From a virus, in IMG/VR virus record IMGVR_UViG_3300000228_000004, positions 1-64,000 of that record: a stretch of 64,000 nt of DNA. One strand, given 5' to 3'. The notes under the pieces were generated by a model. It was not told the DNA's origin and did not search any database. It saw only the letters and a program-made list of their open reading frames with translations. Every line of letters starts with the position of its first letter. The first letter of the stretch is position 1. Shown here piece by piece: positions 27,068 through 37,123 of the stretch. Both the position numbers and the translations under genes were made by a program.

Positions 27068-28147
27068 TCATACCCACTCCGAAAGACTTTCTTTTTTGTC
27101 ATGCCTTTCTTTCATTTTTCTACCATCTATGTAGAAGTCAGTTATGTTCACGATGTGTTGGGTCAGTGAATTTTTTACTAAAAATTCCATTATATCATTC
27201 GGGTCATATTGAAAAGATATCTCTTCAAAACCAGTTTCTATACTCGTTCTTATATCTTCTGGGATATGTTTGAACAGTACTAAATTTTTATTTCTTTCGA
27301 AATTTTCAACATATATTCTATTTTCAGTAAGTTTAGATTTCAAATCTGCTATGAACTTTTTAGCACCAGCTTCACCGAAAGGAGTTGCTTTGAATATGTC
27401 TAGCTCATCCAACACTTCACCTTTTTTATTGGTTTTATATGTATCGTATTCTGAGTACAGTTTTCTCGAAATGCTTAATTTATTGAATTTCTCTGGTTCA
27501 GTTAGATAAATTTCATTCTTCTTTAAATATGCTTTAAAGTTATCAGTGAATTCAGTACCCCTTTTTATATGTGGTACATTATCGCCTTCATCACCTAAAA
27601 GAACATGGATTAATTTCCACTCTTTTAATTCTTCAGGTGACATTTTAACAAACTCTTTCTTAATTGGGTCATATAACTCTACGCCGTACTCTAATACTTG
27701 TTTAAAGTCTTTGTCGCTAGAAACGACTACAGTTTTTTCAAGTGAGAACTTTTGTGCCAGAACGCCGATAATATCATCAGCTTCTGCTCTATGAACTTCA
27801 ATTACTTTATACGGAAATGATTTATCCAGCGTATCTGTAAATTTGGATACTTCTGAAAAGAACTCTTCAAAATTGACATCACTAGAATCCCTATCTTTTT
27901 TTCTATTACTCTTGTATTCAGGATAATAATCTTTCCGCCAATTATTCTTTGAATCAAGTGCTAACACCATATCACCATATTTTCCGAACTTATCCGAAAG
28001 ATGTCTCAGTGACTGTAGAATTATATGTTTATACATCTTGATAAACTCACTGGTCACATATAAACCACCCTCTTTTGACGGTTTTGATTGTGAAATTGCT
28101 ACATATAATGAACGCATACTCAAATGTGAAAAATCTATTAAAACGAT
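27068..28147 (-). CDS. rnh: RNase H / 5'-3' exonuclease; start re-called to ATC at 28147
   Basis: VLIDFSHL, NWRKDYYPEYK.NR, EADDIIG, SSDKDFKQ, GDEGDNVP. Confidence 0.9.
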   Translation of the reverse strand: MVLIDFSHLSMRSLYVAISQSKPSKEGGLYVTSEFIKMYKHIILQSLRHLSDKFGKYGDMVLALDSKNNWRKDYYPEYKSNRKKDRDSSDVNFEEFFSEVSKFTDTLDKSFPYKVIEVHRAEADDIIGVLAQKFSLEKTVVVSSDKDFKQVLEYGVELYDPIKKEFVKMSPEELKEWKLIHVLLGDEGDNVPHIKRGTEFTDNFKAYLKKNEIYLTEPEKFNKLSISRKLYSEYDTYKTNKKGEVLDELDIFKATPFGEAGAKKFIADLKSKLTENRIYVENFERNKNLVLFKHIPEDIRTSIETGFEEISFQYDPNDIMEFLVKNSLTQHIVNITDFYIDGRKMKERHDKKESLSEWV

Positions 28148-28173
28148 ATCACACCCCCTTTTTTGTATTTTTC

Positions 28174-28201
28174 AGATATTATGTAACCAGACATAATATC
28201 T
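28174..28201. terminator. Intergenic hairpin between ssb and rnh
   Basis: AGATATTATGT-AACCAG-ACATAATATCT; no U-tract on the minus strand, so its role is uncertain. Confidence 0.45.
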
Positions 28202-28215
28202 TATTATAGAACCAA

Positions 28216-29289
28216 TTAAAGATCGTTTAGGAGTGCTAAAATATCATCGTCATCAGTTGAAGAGCTCACTACTTCTCTTTTTACTGATTCTTTTGGTTTT
28301 TCAACGATTGTTTGAACAGGTTCCACTTCGTTGTCATTTGTCTCAACAGTGCCTTTAGCTGGTTTTTTGTCCTCTGTTACTTTAGGTTTGTGGGAACCGC
28401 CCATGATCGGTGTAGCGCCATAATCCACATCATCGGTATCGGTACCGACTTTGGTGGTCGATCCAGATGTTTTACTGTTTTTTTCGTATGGTTCAGTGAT
28501 TACGGCTGATCCAATACTCAGGAGGAAAGATTCAATAGGTGATTTTTCAATAACCCACGCGATTTTATCTTTTAATTCAGTGTATGTTTTGTAATTGTCA
28601 ACTGAAATAAACTCAGTTAAATCATAACATCTTTCTAAAACAGCTTCATCCATTTGTTCTTCATTTTCAAAAGCCTTTGATTTTGCCGCGATTGAAGTGT
28701 TATCATAGTTCACAAACTTGTCTTTTATTTTAGCATCTAAAATAATATCCGCGCCATCTTCTGGATCAAAAAGTTCAATTGGTTTTTTACCTACCTTTAT
28801 TTGATCTTCTGTTGGTTCGAGTGCTTGTTGGAATTTTTCAAACAAACTTTTACCATATTTCCAATAGAAAATTTTACCGTTATTTTCTGGGTTTGATGGG
28901 TCATTCACTACAAGGATATTAGAAATGAATGTTGTTCTTCTAGAAAAATTGTCTTGAATTTTTTTAGCTTCATCCGTTCCAATTTCACCCAATTCGTAAT
29001 AAATTTCAACCATCGGGCAATCTTCTTTAATTGAAGACGGGGATTGTTCGATATACCATCTGTATTTATTTGTTTTTTTATTGAACGACTTGAATGAATG
29101 TTCAAAAATTCTAACCACTGAAGCGGTATCTCCGCCCTTTCCAGGAAGCAACCTGATAACCGCAGTTCCGATACCTTGGTCATTCCTTTGTAATTTCCAC
29201 TCTCTTGGGTCATTATAGTCGTTTACTTGTTTCTCACCAACTCCTTTTTGGAGCTTGTCTTTCATATTTTTCCAGTCGTATTTTCCCAT
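28216..29289 (-). CDS. gp32: Single-stranded DNA-binding protein
   Basis: DPREWKL...GTAVIRLLP, WYIE, NILVVNDPSNPENNGK, acidic tail DDDDILALLNDL. Confidence 0.92.
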   Translation of the reverse strand: MGKYDWKNMKDKLQKGVGEKQVNDYNDPREWKLQRNDQGIGTAVIRLLPGKGGDTASVVRIFEHSFKSFNKKTNKYRWYIEQSPSSIKEDCPMVEIYYELGEIGTDEAKKIQDNFSRRTTFISNILVVNDPSNPENNGKIFYWKYGKSLFEKFQQALEPTEDQIKVGKKPIELFDPEDGADIILDAKIKDKFVNYDNTSIAAKSKAFENEEQMDEAVLERCYDLTEFISVDNYKTYTELKDKIAWVIEKSPIESFLLSIGSAVITEPYEKNSKTSGSTTKVGTDTDDVDYGATPIMGGSHKPKVTEDKKPAKGTVETNDNEVEPVQTIVEKPKESVKREVVSSSTDDDDILALLNDL

Positions 29290-29301
29290 TCTTTTTCCTT
29301 C

Positions 29302-30006
29302 TTAAAATAAATTATTTACACTGACCACTATTTGGATCGGCTCATCAGTTACTGTCCACATAGACACGCCATTACCAGTAGTACCTGATTTCTTGATAGA
29401 AACTGAATAATCTTTTTCTGGTAACTTCGCTATATTCTGTATATCAAATTCAACCCTGATACTTTCGGACGCGCTCATTTCAAAATTAGTCACGCTATCG
29501 TTTGACATATTATTATTTCTGTCCAATTTACATACTATGATAGAGCTTTCACCATCTTCTTTACTGTTTACGATAAATGATGTCGATTTCGTCAGGGATG
29601 CTAATTTCTTAAATCTTGCTATTTCACTTGAAGTGATTTCGAAACTAATAATTTCAGGAGTTCCTTGTACTTTTTCTATAGCCGAAACTGGTACATCATA
29701 AGAGCGCATAGAATCTAAGTCAGATGTTTCATATCGTTGTGTATTCTTCCCAGATTGAATTGTGACCAAATTTCCTTCAGCTGAAATTTCAGGTGACTTA
29801 TAAAAATCAATAATTGAAAGAAACTCACTTAGGTTGTCTTCTAGACCAAATTCTTCTAATGGTTCTTCGCCCAATTCTTCAATATTAACAAATGCTATGA
29901 TTGATTTATTTTTCTGTAGTACTGTCGTCCAAGGGTATCTCACGATCGCTGCGTTACCGACGGTGATAAGACTTTTTAAACTTTTTCTAGTTTGTTCATT
30001 TAACAT
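29302..30006 (-). CDS. gp45: Sliding clamp
   Basis: Size and pattern (T..LK.L..., EFGL..LSEFLSII, NI.KL...DY.VSI) match gp45-like clamps; next to ssb. Confidence 0.72.
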   Translation of the reverse strand: MLNEQTRKSLKSLITVGNAAIVRYPWTTVLQKNKSIIAFVNIEELGEEPLEEFGLEDNLSEFLSIIDFYKSPEISAEGNLVTIQSGKNTQRYETSDLDSMRSYDVPVSAIEKVQGTPEIISFEITSSEIARFKKLASLTKSTSFIVNSKEDGESSIIVCKLDRNNNMSNDSVTNFEMSASESIRVEFDIQNIAKLPEKDYSVSIKKSGTTGNGVSMWTVTDEPIQIVVSVNNLF

Positions 30007-30053
30007 TAATTCTCCTTTTTAGATTATTTTATTATATAATATTTCTCTTAATT

Positions 30054-30704
30054 TTAACTTAAATTATGTGTTTTTAAGCGTTCTATTATGTCTGAAATAT
30101 CTACATTATTTTTCATAAGGGCTGAAATTTCCCTGAGCATTTTCCTAATTTCTAAAGCCGTGCACGGATCTGTTTTTAAAGTTTTTACAACATCTTCCAT
30201 AGATATTCCTAGATTTCTAAAATAGGTTTCCGTCTCTCTCAACATTTCTTTATACTCAGATGGTACATTCCTTTGGTCTATCGGTACAATTCCTACTTGA
30301 ACTCTCCTGTAGTCTGAATTGTTATCATCTAAGTTTATCATTATAAAACTTTCAACATAACCAGCAAGCATCTTGAGTTCCCTGATACTGATATCATACC
30401 TAGATGCAAGTTTCATCACGACTGATATATAGTAACCGTTTTCTTTAACGAAATCCAAATTATCGAAATAGAAGCTCATCAATTGAGGATGGAACGAGAT
30501 ACCGCTTTTTTCTGGGTACACGAAAGATTTTGAAATCAAGTAATAATTTTTTTCAAAATTCACATTTGCCCAGAATCCACTATCTACCTCATCCTTCAAT
30601 ATACATTCCCATACCGCTTGTTGTATCTTATTTTCAAAGAAAATCATTGGTGAAAGAAGTTTTTTCCTTCGATCTGTTTTTATAACTGGTATGTCAATTT
30701 TCAT
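30054..30704 (-). CDS. Hypothetical protein
   Basis: 216-aa ORF with RBS and upstream promoter-like sequence. Confidence 0.6.
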   Translation of the reverse strand: MKIDIPVIKTDRRKKLLSPMIFFENKIQQAVWECILKDEVDSGFWANVNFEKNYYLISKSFVYPEKSGISFHPQLMSFYFDNLDFVKENGYYISVVMKLASRYDISIRELKMLAGYVESFIMINLDDNNSDYRRVQVGIVPIDQRNVPSEYKEMLRETETYFRNLGISMEDVVKTLKTDPCTALEIRKMLREISALMKNNVDISDIIERLKTHNLS

Positions 30705-30804
30705 TTTACCCCCAAATTTAGAATTTTTGTTACACCACTTATCGTATTATACCGAACCGCCCTTAAAACTGACTTAAACGGGCTTTGTAAATTTGTGTGT
30801 ACGC

Positions 30805-31902
30805 CTATTCGAAGTTGACTTCTATCTCACGAATTGGATATCCAGCAGATATATATTCATTCAACCTTTCATAAGAATGTTTGAGAACATAATTCTTATT
30901 TGTCTCTCTACCAGATTTTGATTTCGTACTAAAGTCATCGATGAAATCAAAATATCTCATCATATCTTTGTCTTCGTGGAGCCTCATTCCTCTTCCGATT
31001 GATTGATTTAATCTGATTGATGATTTTGTACTAGAAGTCGCGAAAAAGTTATGTAATCTTTTGACATTCATCCCAGTCGAAACTGTTCCTGCGCTTCCTA
31101 TGATTATTCCGTCATCGACCTTCTCAAGTAATGATCTAATTTCATTCCTCATTTCTCCCTCAATAGACCCCTTTATAAGGTAAATATGGAAATCACTGAG
31201 TACCTTTATTCGTTCTATTTCACTATCACTAAAGAATTTTTTCAGTATTTTGATGTCTTTTTCGGTTAAATCAGTTAAGACAAACAGGTTATTAACATCA
31301 CTTGTTTTTGAAAGGAAAGTTTCAACCCGTTTTGGCGTCACTTTTTCCATAATTTCAGGGGCATCAACATTGAATTTTTCCATCAGAATTAACTCAAGTA
31401 AGTATGTACCATGTGATATAGAGTTATACATCACTAAAGAATTTCCATATTTTTGTGTAGTTTGTATTACCATTTTTGCTATAAACCTATTCCGCTTGGA
31501 GTGTTCTTCTATGAACTTAGTTTCCTTTTGGTAGTTGTTTAATTTCTTCACCACTGCCTTATCTGATAATGAATAATTCATATAAACTGTGACGATAGTG
31601 ACTGGTGTAGCTAACCCTCTTTCAATAAGCCCTTGGGGGGTGATTATTCTTTCAGATTTTCCCAAAGTTGATGAGAGCGAGAATCTTCCTTCGAATGTCT
31701 TCGGTAGAGTACCCGTGAGCCCAACTTTATAAAGGCAGTTATTTGATATCTCTAGGAGCTTCGTCAGTGACTCCCCTGTCGCAAGATGACAATTAGAAAC
31801 ATTTAAGCCTTCTGCAAAATAATTATGATTATCTTCAACGTGTAAATTATATGTGTCCCCTGAATAATCGATTTCTTTTATTGAAATTACATTAGACATC
31901 AT
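30805..31902 (-). CDS. uvsW: Split-intein C-part (37 aa, 31792..31902) fused to the C-terminal part of UvsW helicase
   Basis: TYNLHVEDNHNYFAEGLNVSN|CHLA; then GLTGT, STGMNVKRLH, QSIGRGMR, DFIDDF. Confidence 0.9.
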   Translation of the reverse strand: MMSNVISIKEIDYSGDTYNLHVEDNHNYFAEGLNVSNCHLATGESLTKLLEISNNCLYKVGLTGTLPKTFEGRFSLSSTLGKSERIITPQGLIERGLATPVTIVTVYMNYSLSDKAVVKKLNNYQKETKFIEEHSKRNRFIAKMVIQTTQKYGNSLVMYNSISHGTYLLELILMEKFNVDAPEIMEKVTPKRVETFLSKTSDVNNLFVLTDLTEKDIKILKKFFSDSEIERIKVLSDFHIYLIKGSIEGEMRNEIRSLLEKVDDGIIIGSAGTVSTGMNVKRLHNFFATSSTKSSIRLNQSIGRGMRLHEDKDMMRYFDFIDDFSTKSKSGRETNKNYVLKHSYERLNEYISAGYPIREIEVNFE

Positions 31903-33074
31903 CGTAATCCTCGATGCTTTTTATGAGTTTTTCAAGAGAATTCTTATACCATATTTTAATTATTTTTTCTTTTTTAAAAATAGCCACTTTAAATGAATTC
32001 TCGCCATAAAAGGTTATTTGAAAAAATAGCCCCATTTCTTTCATCTTAAACTGTAAATTGTTTAATTGTTCTTTCAATTTTTCTCCTAGATTCTTTTTGA
32101 TGATATTATATTTTTCTTTGATTTCCGTTAAATGTTCGATAAAATATTTTTCCGTGATAATTTTAAAATTACCACTTGAAAATTCTTTTGCTGCGATAAA
32201 CTTGACGAAATTCATTTCTGAATTTATTTCTGAATTTGGTTTTATTTCATATAAAACCCCATCTTTTTCGAAATCAACTATATATTCTATTCGTTTTATG
32301 TAATTCATAAGGTATTCTTATATTTTCATAATTGTAAGTTGGGTGGAGTATGTGGAATATTGCTTCCCAAGAACTCCTAAATGGTAGACCATTCACATAA
32401 CACCTTGTTTTACCCCAAGAATTCGTTACTGCTGGGGTAAAATCACCATTTAATATTTTCTTTTTCATTATCATAGATAATTTTTCGTTCCTCTTTCTTA
32501 AAACTTCTCCTGACATCCTTGAGTTAGGGTTCCTGAGCCCAATAATATTTCGAGAATGTATTTTATTTTCACATTCAAGAGAACAAGTTTCCCGATACCT
32601 AACATGCCTCGTTTTAAACATTTCAAACATTTCGCTCCGTTTTAGACGTTTTTCACAATTTTTACAATTACCCAAAGGATCATAAAAATCTTCTACTTCG
32701 AGATCATTATTCCTATAAAGGGCAGTTTCTGATCTCCCATATTTTAGGAAAATTTTAAAATACTTATTGCCTGATAATAAATGCATACTTTCGTGTAATT
32801 TACTACTGCTGAATTTCAATTTTTTTAATTCTTTTTTAAAATCTTCATCAGAAATTTGTGTAATATTTTCTGGAAAAAATACGGAGTCCAATTTAATGAA
32901 ATCAAATTTTTTTAATTGCTTGAATGAGAATTTCAAATTATCATCGTCTCTTATGTTGTATATTTTTCTAAATTTTAATACTATTTTTGTTTTTATCGAA
33001 GGATGTTTGAATTGTTGAGGATTTTTGAAGAATTGTTTAAAATCTTCTTTTGTTTCGATGTTTTGGATAAGCAT
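31892..33074 (-). pseudogene. Frameshifted TnsA-like PD-(D/E)XK homing endonuclease between the uvsW halves
   Basis: FRSSWE...YENIRIPY...RIY then, in another frame, IVDF...LYEIKP...K..AAKEF; a 2-nt loss in an AT run near 32280 explains the break. Confidence 0.75.
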
Positions 33075-33113
33075 GTAATTTCCTTGCTTTATAATATAAG
33101 GTAGACCTTAAAT

Positions 33114-34094
33114 TTATTTAATTTCAAAAATACTATCTCCAACCACTAACTCATCAACTCTTTTCCAAACTTCCCCAGTAAAAACTTTATGGTTGCCAGT
33201 TATCCTCATAACTTTCCCGTTTTCAGTTTTCACCTCGAACATTTTTTCTTTGGAAATATTTTTGTGAATTTTCTTAATGGGTTTATATTCTAAAACGCCA
33301 GTTTCTTCGTTTCTAGTTAAAACTAGATTCCCAGTTTTTAAATCTTTAATCTTAACTTTATAATTCGGTACATCAACCAATGTATCTGGGTGTAGGCACT
33401 CATCAACTAAAACATAATCGAGAGCTGAAAATTCAGTACTATTCATCAACATAGCTGACTGCCAAGTAGAAGTTGTCATTAATTTATCGAATGTTTTGAC
33501 CTTCCCAGCAAATATGGTATGGAAATGTTTATCGAGGTCTTCTTCAGTCATTCCGTAACTAGAAAAATCCGAGCGCATTTGTTCAGCCAACCCAACATTC
33601 GGTACTATCAATAAACCTCTTCTTTTCTTCCTTGCGTGGAGCGTCATGATCAAATAACAAATAAGTGATTTTCCGCTCCCAGTAGCTGATACCAATATAG
33701 ATCTCGGGTGGTTAAATGAGTGTAAAACTGCGTCTATTTGATAATCATATGGTTCAAACGGTAAACCCACTACTTTGACATGTTCTAGTATTTCTTCTCT
33801 AGACACATTCTCTTGTACCCTGATTGGGGAATATTCTTCAGATATATTATCCGCGTATCGTTTTAATATAGTCGCAACCAATCCCTTTGGAATTTGCATA
33901 CTCATATCTTTGTTCATTTTAAAAAAATACTTTTTTCCGTCCCAAATTCCCGCACGAAATTTTGGAGAGAATCGATATCCTTCGACATAAACAGATAAAT
34001 CATCCATCAACTTTATTCTTAGTTTAAGAGCTTCTTCGTCATTTTCTTCAAACTTTATAACGGAGAAGCTTTCATTTTTATCTTCTATTGTCAA
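33114..34094 (-). CDS. uvsW: N-terminal part of UvsW helicase fused to a 94-aa split-intein N-part (33117..33398)
   Basis: WDGK, PYDYQ, ATGSGKS, STWQS, LVDE|CLHPDT...ITGNHKV; splicing would restore DECH. Confidence 0.9.
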   Translation of the reverse strand: MTIEDKNESFSVIKFEENDEEALKLRIKLMDDLSVYVEGYRFSPKFRAGIWDGKKYFFKMNKDMSMQIPKGLVATILKRYADNISEEYSPIRVQENVSREEILEHVKVVGLPFEPYDYQIDAVLHSFNHPRSILVSATGSGKSLICYLIMTLHARKKRRGLLIVPNVGLAEQMRSDFSSYGMTEEDLDKHFHTIFAGKVKTFDKLMTTSTWQSAMLMNSTEFSALDYVLVDECLHPDTLVDVPNYKVKIKDLKTGNLVLTRNEETGVLEYKPIKKIHKNISKEKMFEVKTENGKVMRITGNHKVFTGEVWKRVDELVVGDSIFEIK

Positions 34095-34109
34095 TTAAAA
34101 TCCTTTATG

Positions 34110-35903
34110 TTATTTTACTTCATATTTCTTAAAGTAAACTTTGTTACCTGAGTCATATATCTTCCTATAACCATTATTGTACATATTCTCAGTTTCTGAT
34201 AAATCTTTGTCAAATATATCTAGGATTTTATGGAGCTTATGTTTTTGGCATTTGTTCCTTGACTCCAGAAGCATAGACCCGTCCTTAAAATAGAAGTAAT
34301 TCGCTTTGGATGAATGGCTATATGTGAAACCGATAGCATCATAAAGGTTTCCCTGTGACCATCTCCTATTCGCGTATGTGACCAATGATTCTGGGGAATA
34401 GTTTTTCTCGAAATATTTTAGTAACTTACTCCCAGCACCAACTACAGTATGGTTCAATTTTGAACAAAATCTAATCAATTCATATTGATATTCTTTTGAA
34501 AACCTCGACTTTCCGAAAGTCATCAAACTCACTAAAGAACCAGCGTGGTATAACCCTATTCGAATTGATGATAGCCCCTCACCTTGTAAGTGGTTTTCGT
34601 TTTCAAAATTACTAGCAACCCTGCTAGAAACTTCCATTATATCACATTTTCTAGCATATATTCGCTTAGTTTTACCAAGCTTCGAATTTAGGACTGATTC
34701 CCAAATCTCCCTCTTTTGCAACCATTCATTTTCAAATATATGAAATAGCTGAAAGCCATTTTCTTCACAAAGATCAGTTTTATCTTCGTGCACTGACTTT
34801 AATAGTTTCTCTTTCGTCGAATTATCGAACATAGAATACTTAGATTTCCCAAAAGAATGGAACATCAACCCGTCATATTCGACGCCAAACTTATGTTCGT
34901 AAGAGATGATATCTATTTCTTTCGGCTTTATTAAACTCCTGTCATTTAGTAAAAAAGACTTATTGCCCCCTAAAAAATTAAAAATTTCAACCTGAGTTTT
35001 CCATTTGTTATCAGGGGACACCCCGAATTTTAACATGGTTATATTTGCGTTTGAAAGTGACACATTGAAAAATTCCATATATTCACCCCTTTTGAATTTG
35101 TTGATGCCGTCTTTGGTCGTGATAAAATTTTTTGCTATGTATCGTTTATTATTGAAAAATACAAAATTTTTGATATGCGACTGAGAAGAATACGGTGTAC
35201 CGCATTTCTTTAAGTTCGTTTCTTTTATTTTATCCTTTACCTGTTCTGTCATAGCTGGGTTTATCACGCCATATTTTTTTAAGTTAGTTTCTTTTATTTT
35301 CTGCTTGACTTCTTCGTTCTGTAAGCTACATTCATAACCGTATCTAATGAGGCTTGTCTCTTTAACTTTTTGCTTTACCTGATCTGACTTTAATTGGTGT
35401 TCATGCCCATATTTTTTTAAGTTCGTTACTTTAGTCTTTTTATTAACTTCTTCGTTCTGTAAGCTACATTCAGAACCATACCTTTCAAGGTTCGTTTCTT
35501 TGGCTTTTTGCTTTACCTGTTCTGACTGAGAAGAATGTAGCGTCCCGTATTTCTTTAAGTTAGTTTCTTTTATTTTCTGCTTGACTTCTTCGTTCTGTAA
35601 GCTACATTCAGAACCATACCTTTCAAGGTTCGTTTCTTTTATTTTATTCTTTTTTTGATGAGACCCAGAACTACAATGAACCGAGCAAAAGGTTTTGTAT
35701 GATTTGTACTTAAATTTTATCGGTTTACCACATTCACGAAGTGGTGGTTCAAGTATTTGGTGTTTCACCGAGTACAAAAATTCTTGAATAGTTTCAAAAG
35801 GGCGTATGTCAATATTCAAGGATTTGATAATTTCTGTGGATTTTGTACTCATATGCCCAATTTTTGTGATAACCCCGATATCACTAAGATCTTCTATTGT
35901 CAA
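34110..35903 (-). CDS. Hef-like homing endonuclease with KETNL.(K/R)YG repeats
   Basis: About 7 repeats of ~23 aa, then EIDI...VEYDGLMFHS, HIFENEW, NHLQG, ELIRFC, YANRRWS.G, IYDSGN. Confidence 0.8.
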   Translation of the reverse strand: MTIEDLSDIGVITKIGHMSTKSTEIIKSLNIDIRPFETIQEFLYSVKHQILEPPLRECGKPIKFKYKSYKTFCSVHCSSGSHQKKNKIKETNLERYGSECSLQNEEVKQKIKETNLKKYGTLHSSQSEQVKQKAKETNLERYGSECSLQNEEVNKKTKVTNLKKYGHEHQLKSDQVKQKVKETSLIRYGYECSLQNEEVKQKIKETNLKKYGVINPAMTEQVKDKIKETNLKKCGTPYSSQSHIKNFVFFNNKRYIAKNFITTKDGINKFKRGEYMEFFNVSLSNANITMLKFGVSPDNKWKTQVEIFNFLGGNKSFLLNDRSLIKPKEIDIISYEHKFGVEYDGLMFHSFGKSKYSMFDNSTKEKLLKSVHEDKTDLCEENGFQLFHIFENEWLQKREIWESVLNSKLGKTKRIYARKCDIMEVSSRVASNFENENHLQGEGLSSIRIGLYHAGSLVSLMTFGKSRFSKEYQYELIRFCSKLNHTVVGAGSKLLKYFEKNYSPESLVTYANRRWSQGNLYDAIGFTYSHSSKANYFYFKDGSMLLESRNKCQKHKLHKILDIFDKDLSETENMYNNGYRKIYDSGNKVYFKKYEVK

Positions 35904-35992
35904 TAATATCCCCTTATATATGTATCATAGTATTATAGCGGTTATTACTTAAAGTGGGCTTATGTGAGAGTGATTTTGGTTATTAATTTACG

Positions 35993-36013
35993 ACACACAA
36001 ATTAAGTTTGTGT
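35993..36013 (-). terminator. Hairpin ending the late mini-operon
   Basis: CACACAAA-TTAAG-TTTGTGTG. Confidence 0.45.
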
Positions 36014-36055
36014 GCCAGGAGTCAGTCGTATATAAAAGGTATTTTGTAGTGAGTA

Positions 36056-36373
36056 TTAATGTTTATCTTTTCTAAATTTCTTGGTATTGACTGCTGAAAT
36101 ATTGGCTCTTTTGGCAGCAGGAGTTTTATTGAAAATTTTTCTTGCTCTACTGACCTCTCTTGATTTTTCTTGGTCTTTGAGAGTACAAATATACCTCACT
36201 CTTGGTCCAGGAACTCTAGCTGGGGTCATATTCCCATGACACTTCGCCTTTTTCATCATAGCAACTCTTATCTTCGCAGTTCTTTTGTCGGCTAAAGAAC
36301 GATTACCGAGGAGTTTTGTTGCGTTGTTTTCTTCATTATGACCTTCAATGGTTTCGAGTATTTCTTTAAGCAT
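36056..36373 (-). CDS. Basic late protein (prohead core gp68-like character)
   Basis: MLKEILE start, acidic N-terminus, Arg/Lys-rich C-terminus. Confidence 0.55.
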   Translation of the reverse strand: MLKEILETIEGHNEENNATKLLGNRSLADKRTAKIRVAMMKKAKCHGNMTPARVPGPRVRYICTLKDQEKSREVSRARKIFNKTPAAKRANISAVNTKKFRKDKH

Positions 36374-36384
36374 AATTACTTCTT

Positions 36385-36717
36385 TTAATTTTCGTAGAAA
36401 ATTTCAACAGAGTCATCTTTATAGGATGAACTATCTGGTACCCATTTTGCATAATAACTGGACGGTTTGTATTCTTTTATCCAAGCTTTCACTGAAGACA
36501 AAGTCGCCTTTCCTTTAGAATTTATTCTAGTTGATTTTGCTGATTTCTTAAATCCAGATATGCCCCTATTCGCGTTCACGAAATCACCGAAATTTGAACT
36601 TGAAGATAATTGAACCCCGTCTATTTTAATGGCGTAATTAAATTTTTCAATTTTACCAATAAACGAATTTTCTTTTGCTTCTAGTTTGGTAATTTGTTCA
36701 AATATTTCTCTTAACAT
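36385..36717 (-). CDS. Late protein, start re-called to MLREIFE
   Basis: GGGA RBS before ATG 36717; shared N-terminal motif. Confidence 0.6.
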   Translation of the reverse strand: MLREIFEQITKLEAKENSFIGKIEKFNYAIKIDGVQLSSSSNFGDFVNANRGISGFKKSAKSTRINSKGKATLSSVKAWIKEYKPSSYYAKWVPDSSSYKDDSVEIFYEN

Positions 36718-36721
36718 AATT

Positions 36722-36907
36722 TTATTCCCATTCTTTCTGAATTTCACTGAAAAATTTTCTTCTTTTTTCTTTATCTAATTCTGCTGGTGATTTAACGCCC
36801 CACTCTTTGAGTTTACTGTTAAAAAATTCCTGGTAATCTTTTTCTTCCATTAGCTCTTGGTGTTTATTGGTTTCAAACTCTATATTTTCAACTATTTCTT
36901 TTATCAT
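36722..36907 (-). CDS. Small late/virion-like protein
   Basis: MIKEIVE start; YQEFF..KLK.WGVKSPAELD.E....FF motif. Confidence 0.65.
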   Translation of the reverse strand: MIKEIVENIEFETNKHQELMEEKDYQEFFNSKLKEWGVKSPAELDKEKRRKFFSEIQKEWE

Positions 36908-36915
36908 ATTTCTGC

Positions 36916-37092
36916 CTATTTTTTAATAATTTTTTCAAGTTCACTTTTTACCGCTTCTATTGATTGAAGCTTGTGCGCATCGATTTTCATGTTTTGTACC
37001 GAGTTAAGTTTTTGTAGAATGGCTTTAACTTCGAATAGGACAAGTTCAAAATCTTCTTTGTAATCAACGCCTTCTATAATTTCCTTTAACAT
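36916..37092 (-). CDS. 58-aa late protein MLKEIIEGVDYKEDFE... (below the ORF-track cutoff)
   Basis: Open frame, AAAGGAG RBS, TTAAATAAA box near 37113-37121. Confidence 0.65.
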   Translation of the reverse strand: MLKEIIEGVDYKEDFELVLFEVKAILQKLNSVQNMKIDAHKLQSIEAVKSELEKIIKK

Positions 37093-37123
37093 AACAAATG
37101 AACTCCTTTGAGTTTATTTAATT

